A stretch of 64,000 nucleotides of DNA, taken from NCBI GenBank assembly GCA_017541275.1, contig JAFXZM010000004.1, forward strand, positions 16,832-80,831. Reading direction: 5' to 3'. How positions within the stretch are numbered: position 1 is the stretch's first letter; every line of letters starts with the position of its first letter. Positions 57,059 to 64,000 of this stretch are shown here, piece by piece. This DNA comes from Oscillospiraceae bacterium. GTDB lineage: Bacteria; Bacillota; Clostridia; Oscillospirales; Ruminococcaceae. The notes beneath the pieces were generated by a model, which saw nothing but the letters and a program-made list of their open reading frames with translations, searched no databases and was not told where the DNA came from. The position numbers and the translations under genes were made by a program.

Positions 57059-59476
57059 TTATTCGGTTTGAACGACCGGAAGCGGATAGGATTTGCCGGC
57101 AAGCTCGGCGGTATAGCAGAGCATGATATGCAGCGCGTCGGCGGCATTGAGGAGGCCGTTTTTATCGACATCGCCGTTCCGGAACTGTGTGCTGTTCACC
57201 TGAGCGGGAAGCCCCGCGAGCTGTCTGACATGGAACTGAAGCAAAAGCTGTGCATCTCTTGCATCGACATGCATGCTCTCATCGAAATCGCCGGAAAACT
57301 CCGTCCGCGGGACGCCGTTGAGGCTTTCGACGGCAGCATCATAGGCCTCCTGCGCGGCATCGGGCGAGCCTGCCGCCAGAATAGCGGCCTGTCCGTCCTC
57401 AACCAGCGCATCGAGAGCGCGGCGGCCTTCGGGGTCATAGCGGGCCGGATCGACATATTTCAGCTCCTCCGGAAGCTCCCGTGCGAGCTTTTCGGTCAAG
57501 GCGCTGAGCCATTCCTTCCGCAGAAAATCCCGCCGGAGCGCAGCGCGGTTCCGGAAAAATTCAACGATCTCGGCATAGGTCTCGCCGTTATAGGGACCCA
57601 TGACCTTATAGGGCTTCGGGCCGTACATATGCCAGCGGGCATTGTTCATTTCCGCCGAAGCGGCAAGGTATTCACCGAGCTGCGTGATGCCCGCACCGCC
57701 CTCCTGCGACTGATCGGTGAGTGCGCGGAGCTGCTCATCGAAGCGCTCGTAGTAAAGCTCAGAAACGCGCTTGACAAACGCATCGTCATGCGTATAGAGC
57801 TGCTGAATCCAGCCGATGCCGGAAGCAGTTTTGTCGCTATCGGTCTCCTTATTGAAGCCGCTCATGGGGAAATACGCGGCAAACATTTCATTGGCGCGGC
57901 CGCTGTATACGGTTTTCTGCTGATTCGGGTCACCGGAAACGCCGGAGGTGATGCCGATGCTGAAATTATAGAAGGAGAGGTCAAAATCCCACGCAGGGCC
58001 GTAATGCAGCTTGCCGTCGCCCTTGCTGTCGGAGTCTTTATACAGGAAAAAGCTGGTGTAGGTCGCATCGACATTCTGTGAAATTTCCTGAAGCAGATAG
58101 CCGAGGATCAGCGAATCCACATCAATATAGTCGCTGTAATGCTTGCCTTTGGAGTTGCGGCCGTTTGGGGAATAGATTGCGTCCTCCATATCCTGCACAA
58201 AGCTGCGGATATATTCGACCTGCGCCTTGGAGGCATATTCCGGGCTGTCGATCTGTATGGCCTGACCGCGGGAGGTAACGAAACCGCTTTCGGCCTTGCC
58301 GGCATAGCGGTTATAGAGCTGAAACTGAAGCAGATAGCCGCCGGTGATATCGGAGGGATTGTTCGGGATATTCCAGTATTTATAGGTATTGCGCTGAAAT
58401 TCCTTTGTACCGTCCTGTCCGTAGCTGTCAAGCGATTTGGCATTGAGTCCCTCGGTCAGCTCCTCAAGGTCGGTAATATTGACGCGCTGCTTCTGCACCT
58501 GCGCCTTTTCGCTGAGCTGATAGGTGCCGCGGTACTGGCCGTCGGCGTACAGATCGGCGAAGGTGCAGTCCATGGTATATTCGATGCCGGCTTTCCGGCC
58601 CATTTCCGTTGTAACAACATTGCGCAGCATGGACTGATCGAGATAATTGCTCAGCAGCACCCATTTTTTCGCCTTGCCCAGCCCGAAAAGATCGGCCTTT
58701 GCGGGCAGCTTGAAATTATAGGATTTCTTTTTGCTGTAATCCCATGAAGAATTGCCGTGCCGCCACAGCTTTTCGATCTCGCCGCTGTAGCTGACCGCAC
58801 CGGTTTGAGTCAGCATCAGGGATTGGGCGGTTTCGGTGCCGCCCCAGTGCTGCTTATCAAGGAAATCCGTGCCGCCGTGGCCGGTTGCCAGATAGATGAC
58901 CTTCAGATCGGATTGCAGCACATGCAGCGTGCCGCAGTCGGTATCGCCGACCGTTACGGCAAATTCGTCTGCCGCGGCGAACAGATCGGTCGCCTTGCCG
59001 GAGCTCACCGGCGCATCATTGAGCATCAGCGTTTCGCCGGAGCTTGTTTTGCAGGAAACGGTCAGATTATTCCGGTCGGCCGTAGCGGGCAGAAACAGAT
59101 ACCGCGAATCGTCATACGGGCTGTACCAGACATCCACATAATCCAGATCGGTCTTGACCTGCGGGCTGATATTGCTGACGCGGAACTGCGTGACGGGGAT
59201 ATTCTCATATTTCCGGTTTGCCGGCTTGATGGTACCGTCCGTGCCGTAAAAGGCCTTCGGGTCATCGTCATTGTATTCGCTTGTGACGCTTTTCGCGCCG
59301 TCCTCTTTGCGGATATCGCTTTCGCTGCTTTGCCCGACGGAGGCGGCGCTGCCGGTCACGGAAAGCGGCAGTGCATCCAGTATGCCGGTATACGCACCGA
59401 GCAGCAGCGAGCAGGCGAACAGCGCCGCAAAGGCTCTGCGTCTTCTGCCGGAGCGAATGCTTTTCCTATTGTTCAT
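57059..59476 (-). CDS. CotH-family protein with C-terminal dockerin
   Basis: ATG (MNNRKSIRSG...) after GAGGGTG. Signal peptide. CotH-like core (KKSYNFKL, KWVLLSNYLDQSMLRN, YADGQYRGTYQLSEK). Dockerin loops GDFDESMHVDARD and GDVDKNGLLNAAD. Confidence 0.8.
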   Translation of the reverse strand: MNNRKSIRSGRRRRAFAALFACSLLLGAYTGILDALPLSVTGSAASVGQSSESDIRKEDGAKSVTSEYNDDDPKAFYGTDGTIKPANRKYENIPVTQFRVSNISPQVKTDLDYVDVWYSPYDDSRYLFLPATADRNNLTVSCKTSSGETLMLNDAPVSSGKATDLFAAADEFAVTVGDTDCGTLHVLQSDLKVIYLATGHGGTDFLDKQHWGGTETAQSLMLTQTGAVSYSGEIEKLWRHGNSSWDYSKKKSYNFKLPAKADLFGLGKAKKWVLLSNYLDQSMLRNVVTTEMGRKAGIEYTMDCTFADLYADGQYRGTYQLSEKAQVQKQRVNITDLEELTEGLNAKSLDSYGQDGTKEFQRNTYKYWNIPNNPSDITGGYLLQFQLYNRYAGKAESGFVTSRGQAIQIDSPEYASKAQVEYIRSFVQDMEDAIYSPNGRNSKGKHYSDYIDVDSLILGYLLQEISQNVDATYTSFFLYKDSDSKGDGKLHYGPAWDFDLSFYNFSIGITSGVSGDPNQQKTVYSGRANEMFAAYFPMSGFNKETDSDKTASGIGWIQQLYTHDDAFVKRVSELYYERFDEQLRALTDQSQEGGAGITQLGEYLAASAEMNNARWHMYGPKPYKVMGPYNGETYAEIVEFFRNRAALRRDFLRKEWLSALTEKLARELPEELKYVDPARYDPEGRRALDALVEDGQAAILAAGSPDAAQEAYDAAVESLNGVPRTEFSGDFDESMHVDARDAQLLLQFHVRQLAGLPAQVNSTQFRNGDVDKNGLLNAADALHIMLCYTAELAGKSYPLPVVQTE

Positions 59477-59531
59477 AGTTATCACCCTCAAGAATAACAT
59501 CCGGAGCGGTTCTCCGTGCGCGGGGGGAGGC

Positions 59532-61022
59532 TCAGCTTCCGGCAGCGGTTGATGCCGGAACGGCCTTTTTGGCGATGCCCTCGCTGCGCAGTGCATCGAG
59601 CAGCACCTTTGCAAGCTGGGCATTGCTGATATCATTGCCCGTCCGCTCCTCAATCATAACACAGAACGCAACGGGGCAGTCATCATCCAGACAGAAGCCG
59701 GTCAGCAGGGAATTCTCATATTCCTTTCCCTCCTGCCTGATCTGAGCGGTACCGCTTTTGACGCCGCAGGTATATTCGCCGAGCGAGACATAATAATGCT
59801 TTGCAGCATTATCCGTTTCGACGGCCTTTACGCCCTGCGCGGCCGCCTGTGTAAAGAACGGCTTGGTGCGGGCGGTTGTGCCGAGCTGCGTGACGCGGTT
59901 TTCGATGTCGGTATGCGAAGCGAGGATATACGGCTGCACGGCGGAGCCGCTGCCGTCGGCGATTGCGCCCTGCCAGAGCATGAGCTGAAACGGGCTGACG
60001 AGCGTTTTGCCCTGTCCCAGACAGCCCCACTGTGTCTCAAACTGGGTATCGTCGGTCAGCGTGGCAGAGGCGGCGGGAATCGTCAGGCCGTTCATGAGCA
60101 GCGGCTCGGCCTTCTGCCCGTTGACGGAATAGCCCATATTCGTATAGGTCTCGATGACGGCCGAGAGCGGGAGCATCCGCGACTGCACAAGCTGCGCAAA
60201 ATAGGGGTTGCAGCTATTGGCAAAGGCCTCATTGAGTTTCTGTGTGCCGTGGCCGTAGGGGTTGTGGCAGTTGATTTTTCCGCCGGAGGCATTGACCCAC
60301 GAGCCCTCGCAGGTAAACTCCAGCGCATTGACGGCATCGACGCCGCTGTGCTCATAGGCCGCAATCAGCGTCGAGACCTTCTGTGTCGAGCCGGGAACAG
60401 TCGGCGCAAAGGCCTTGCAGAGCAGGCTGCCCGACGGCATATTCTCAATGTTGTCGTAACCGAGCGCCGGATCGACGCAGGGCTTGCTCATGCAGACGAG
60501 CATCTCGCCGGTTTTCCAGTTATAGGCGGCAACCGTACCGTTCTTGCTGCCGAGTGCATTGTAGCAGGCGCGTGTCGCCTTGTGGGAAATGGTTGTTTGC
60601 AGCGTGACCGTGCCGGAATTTTTGCCGTACAGGAAGCTGTAATTTGCGAGAAGCTCGATATTTTTGGAGACAACGGTATTGCTCATCTGGCCGCTGGTAT
60701 CGCCGATCAGGTTGCCGACATCGGCGAAATGACCGGCCTCATAGTCGCTCATCGGCTTTGTGCCGTCAAACAGCACATCACCATTGCGGTCGGTGACCCT
60801 GCCGTAGCCGGTCTGTCCGGATTTTGCCATATAGAAAGCGGAGCGCGTCACCAGCACATAGACCAGATACACAAGTGCGAGCAGAAATGCCGCGATCAGC
60901 AGTGCCGTACCTCTGCCGGCTCTGCGCATGCTGCGGGGCGGAGAGACATCGAGCGGCGGAACCTGAATAATCCGCGGCTGCTGCGCGGGCTGACCGGAAT
61001 AGGGTGAAGGGACTTTGGGCAT
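59532..61022 (-). CDS. class B penicillin-binding protein (PBP2/FtsI-type transpeptidase)
   Basis: The ATG (MPKVPSPYSG...) overlaps the upstream TAA by 1 nt. TM anchor. STQK, SCN and KSGTA motifs. Confidence 0.8.
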   Translation of the reverse strand: MPKVPSPYSGQPAQQPRIIQVPPLDVSPPRSMRRAGRGTALLIAAFLLALVYLVYVLVTRSAFYMAKSGQTGYGRVTDRNGDVLFDGTKPMSDYEAGHFADVGNLIGDTSGQMSNTVVSKNIELLANYSFLYGKNSGTVTLQTTISHKATRACYNALGSKNGTVAAYNWKTGEMLVCMSKPCVDPALGYDNIENMPSGSLLCKAFAPTVPGSTQKVSTLIAAYEHSGVDAVNALEFTCEGSWVNASGGKINCHNPYGHGTQKLNEAFANSCNPYFAQLVQSRMLPLSAVIETYTNMGYSVNGQKAEPLLMNGLTIPAASATLTDDTQFETQWGCLGQGKTLVSPFQLMLWQGAIADGSGSAVQPYILASHTDIENRVTQLGTTARTKPFFTQAAAQGVKAVETDNAAKHYYVSLGEYTCGVKSGTAQIRQEGKEYENSLLTGFCLDDDCPVAFCVMIEERTGNDISNAQLAKVLLDALRSEGIAKKAVPASTAAGS

Positions 61023-62302
61023 TATGCTCTGCCTCCTTTCCTGAGCTGCGCCGCGCTGCGTCCGGTCAGAACGGGCGCCTGCGCTGCCTTGAGAAAGCCT
61101 GCCATGATGCCGCTGGACAGCATTGAGCTGCCGCCCTGCGAGATAAACGGGATTGTCACGCCCGTGAACGGGATGAGATTGCAGGAGCCGAAGATATTGA
61201 GCGTCATCTGCACCATGAACATCGCCGCAACACCGAGCGCCAGCCCGGAGTGATAATAGCTGCGCGGGGGAACTGTGAGAATCGCTGCGGGGAGAAAGAG
61301 CACGAGCACGACAGTCATAATCGCGGTAAACAGGCCCCATTCCTCGCAGATCGTCGAGAAAACGATATCAGTGCGGGAGGCGGCAACATTGACGAGCGTA
61401 CCGTTTCCGGCGCCCTTGCCGAACCAGCCGCCCTCTGCGATTGCGGTCAGCGCCTTGACCTGCTGATAGCCGCTGCCGGACATATCAGACCAGATATCGG
61501 TATGCAGTCTGTCCTGCACGTAGGCCGGTGCAAGGTGCCATGCCATAACAGCGACGAATATCACGCCGACAATCAGCACAATCATCAGGCGGACGGAAAT
61601 TTTCTCACGCAGATAACGGAAGCGAAGCAGCAGCGCACAGCCTGCGGCAGCCGCAAAGGTCGGCAGAGAGCCGAGGTCGCGGCAGTACCACTGCAGGCCG
61701 GCAATGACCGCCGTACAGAACAGCAGCATCAGGTTATCCGGTACAAAATGCCAGCCGTGCAGCTCTGATTTGCGGAGCTGTGTGCGGATCGAGCTGGCGC
61801 AGATCAGCACGAACACCGGCTTGACAAATTCCGAGGGCTGGATAGTGATGAAGCCGAGGTCGATCCAGATGCCTCTGCTGCCGGTGAGAAAGAAGATCGT
61901 AGCGATGAGTGCAAAGAAGCAGCCGTACCAGAGAGGCTTCAGCTTTTCGGCGCGGTAAGGATTCCGCACCAGCACATAGGAGAGCTGACACATGAGAAAG
62001 GCGATCAGCCCGAAAATATAATGCTTCAGGGCAAATTCCAGCCCGCCGAAGCAGGATTGATAGATCGTACTCATGCCCAGCACCAGCAGCAGCACGGTAT
62101 CGACCGTGCAGGCCTCCTGCGCAACGAATTGCAGCACAATCGCGCCGATAAAATCGGAAATCAGCACGATGCACGCGAGCTTCAGCACCTCGACGGTCAG
62201 GCCGAAGGAAAGCATCACGAGCAGCAGCATGGCGGTATGTGCAAAAAGCACCAGCAGCAGCAGGAAGGGATGCGAAACGGGATTGGTATTGGTTCTGCTC
62301 AT
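61022..62302 (-). CDS. FtsW/RodA/SpoVE-family peptidoglycan glycosyltransferase
   Basis: The ATG (MSRTNTNPVS...) makes an ATGA overlap with the FHA gene stop. About ten TM segments. C-terminal PFISQGGSS motif. Confidence 0.85.
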   Translation of the reverse strand: MSRTNTNPVSHPFLLLLVLFAHTAMLLLVMLSFGLTVEVLKLACIVLISDFIGAIVLQFVAQEACTVDTVLLLVLGMSTIYQSCFGGLEFALKHYIFGLIAFLMCQLSYVLVRNPYRAEKLKPLWYGCFFALIATIFFLTGSRGIWIDLGFITIQPSEFVKPVFVLICASSIRTQLRKSELHGWHFVPDNLMLLFCTAVIAGLQWYCRDLGSLPTFAAAAGCALLLRFRYLREKISVRLMIVLIVGVIFVAVMAWHLAPAYVQDRLHTDIWSDMSGSGYQQVKALTAIAEGGWFGKGAGNGTLVNVAASRTDIVFSTICEEWGLFTAIMTVVLVLFLPAAILTVPPRSYYHSGLALGVAAMFMVQMTLNIFGSCNLIPFTGVTIPFISQGGSSMLSSGIMAGFLKAAQAPVLTGRSAAQLRKGGRA

Positions 62303-62751
62303 GCCGTCACATCCTTTCCGGAGCCGCGAACGACAGTCAGCCGGCGCTTGCCGATCTGAATCTGGTCGTTCTGCCGCAGAATGCGCGGCTGGGTGATGCG
62401 TCTGCCGTTGACAAGGATGCCGTTCTGTGCGCCGATATCCTCGATTGTCCACTGGCCGTTCGAGAGCGTCAGAAGCGCATGAAAGCGGGATATTTCAGTA
62501 TCATCAAAGCGGATATCCGCTGCCGGATGCCGGCCGATCAATATTTCTGCGGCGCCTAAGGGAAAAAAGGTCGTGCCCATCGCGAGCATATAGCCTCTGC
62601 CCTCTCGCGCCCAGAGCCGGTCGCCGCGTCTGCGCTCTCTGCCGGCCGCAATGAGAATAATCAGTGCGCAGAAATCGACAAAGATCACCGCAAAGGCGGT
62701 AAGCGCCTCCCGCAGATACGGATACCGCTCAAACAGTGCAGTCAAATCCAT
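62299..62751 (-). CDS. membrane-anchored FHA-domain protein
   Basis: AAAGGAG RBS. One TM segment, then an FHA core (IGRHPAADIRFDDTEISRFHALL...NGILVNG). Confidence 0.8.
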   Translation of the reverse strand: MDLTALFERYPYLREALTAFAVIFVDFCALIILIAAGRERRRGDRLWAREGRGYMLAMGTTFFPLGAAEILIGRHPAADIRFDDTEISRFHALLTLSNGQWTIEDIGAQNGILVNGRRITQPRILRQNDQIQIGKRRLTVVRGSGKDVTA

Positions 62752-62952
62752 AAACGGAGATGCTCCTTTCTGTCTGTGTTTCTATCTTATTAGTATACCA
62801 TACAAAAGCGGAAATTGTCAAGACGCGATCTGAGCGGGAACACGGCAACAGTATCAACTTCCCCGATTGCGCAAATGCTTGCAAAAAAAATGAAAATATG
62901 TTATACTGATAAAGTATGGCCAATTTCAGAGAAAACAGAAAGGATCATTCCA

Positions 62953-64000
62953 ATGGCAAAGAAACAGCAGGAATACGGCAACGAAAGCATTACGATGCTC
63001 AAAGGCCCCGATAAGGTGCGGAAACGCCCCGCCGTGATCTTCGGCTCCGACGGCCCCGACGGCTGTGCGCATTCGGTCTTTGAGGTCATCACCAACTCAA
63101 TCGACGAGGCCCGCGCCGGCTACGGCTCGAAGATCGTCATTACCCGCTTTCTCGATCAGTCCATTGAGGTCGAGGACTTCGGCCGCGGCTGCCCCGTTGA
63201 CTGGAACCCCGCCGAGGAGCGCTTTAACTGGGAGCTCGTTTACTGCGAGCTCTATGCAGGCGGCAAATATGATGCCAACGACGACACCTATGCGTATTCG
63301 CTCGGCCTGAACGGTCTCGGCCTCTGTGCAACGCAGTTCGCCTCCGAATATATGGACGTCACCGTCATTCGCGACGGGCAGCAGTATACGCTCCATTTTG
63401 AAAAGGGCGAGAACATCGGCGGCCTGAAAAAAGAGCCCGCCTCCCGCAGACAGACCGGTACGAAAACCCGCTGGAAGCCCGACCTCGAAGTGTTTACCGA
63501 TATCAATGTGCCGGATGCGTGGTTCAAAGATGTGCTGAAGCGGCAGGCGGTCGTCAATCAGAATTTGCTGTTCGTTTACCGCAATGAGGTCACGCCCGGC
63601 AAATTTGAGGCAACGGAATTCCGCTATGAAAACGGTATCGTGGACTATGTCACGGAGATCATCGGCGAAAAATCGCTGACGCCGGTGCAGTTCTGGCAGG
63701 CCGACCGCAAGGGCCGCGACCGCGCCGACCGCGATGAATATAAGGTCAAGCTCTCGGTCGCGTTTGCGTTTTCCAATACCGTGCAGCGGCTGGAATACTA
63801 TCACAATTCAAGCTGGCTGGAGCACGGCGGCTCTCCCGACAAGGCCGTGCAGCGCGCCTTTACGACGCAGATCGACGCTTTCCTCAAAAATAATAACCGC
63901 TATCAGAAGAATGAGGGCAAGATCGGCTTTCAGGACGTGCAGGACTGTCTCGTGCTTGTTTCCAACTCCTTCTCGACCGTCGCCTCCTATGAGAATCAGA
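62953..64000 (+). CDS. type IIA DNA topoisomerase subunit B (GyrB/ParE family), N-terminal part; continues beyond the window
   Basis: Absent from the ORF track (no stop). ATG after AAAGGA. KVRKRPAVIFGS, the GHKL N-box EVITNSIDEA and GLNGLG motifs. Confidence 0.8.
   Translation, partial: MAKKQQEYGNESITMLKGPDKVRKRPAVIFGSDGPDGCAHSVFEVITNSIDEARAGYGSKIVITRFLDQSIEVEDFGRGCPVDWNPAEERFNWELVYCELYAGGKYDANDDTYAYSLGLNGLGLCATQFASEYMDVTVIRDGQQYTLHFEKGENIGGLKKEPASRRQTGTKTRWKPDLEVFTDINVPDAWFKDVLKRQAVVNQNLLFVYRNEVTPGKFEATEFRYENGIVDYVTEIIGEKSLTPVQFWQADRKGRDRADRDEYKVKLSVAFAFSNTVQRLEYYHNSSWLEHGGSPDKAVQRAFTTQIDAFLKNNNRYQKNEGKIGFQDVQDCLVLVSNSFSTVASYENQ

Noticed and set aside
1-64000. Search for integrases, transposases, tRNA/rRNA genes and CRISPR arrays as island boundaries
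   Set aside because: None was recognised on either strand. This was a visual scan only, so a degenerate tRNA fragment or att site could have been missed.

Overview
High-GC Firmicutes chromosome segment, Clostridia-like. The evidence is a sporulation dpaA, an IspH-S1 fusion gene and dockerin-bearing surface proteins. All calls come from reading the ORF track and sequence by eye; no searches or computations were run. From 1 to about 38.6 kb and from about 57 to 64 kb the window holds ordinary core genes. These include ispE, rpmB, ispH-S1, ilvBN, lysA and efp, several cell-wall enzymes (PBP1A, PBP2, RodA/FtsW, two S11 carboxypeptidases), a moxR-DUF58-transglutaminase operon, an aquaporin, an SPFH protein, hemolysin III and a GyrB/ParE-family gene. 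From about 38.7 to 57 kb the sequence looks less GC-rich by eye and holds accessory genes. The main result is a tightly packed three-gene operon at 43.4-53.4 kb. It encodes a 997-aa protein with no recognisable motif, a 1732-aa DEAH helicase with many zinc ribbons and a DUF1998-type C-terminal Cys cluster, and a 577-aa NERD-nuclease/SF1-helicase fusion. The first two genes resemble type III Druantia (DruH/DruE); the third is not part of that definition, so this may be a variant or new anti-phage system. Other notable features are dispersed perfect-palindrome hairpin arrays at three intergenic loci, an orphan promoter-plus-terminator unit that looks like a small RNA gene, and dockerin-tagged CotH and LRR/CBM6 proteins. 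I saw no rRNA, tRNA, CRISPR array, transposase or integrase.
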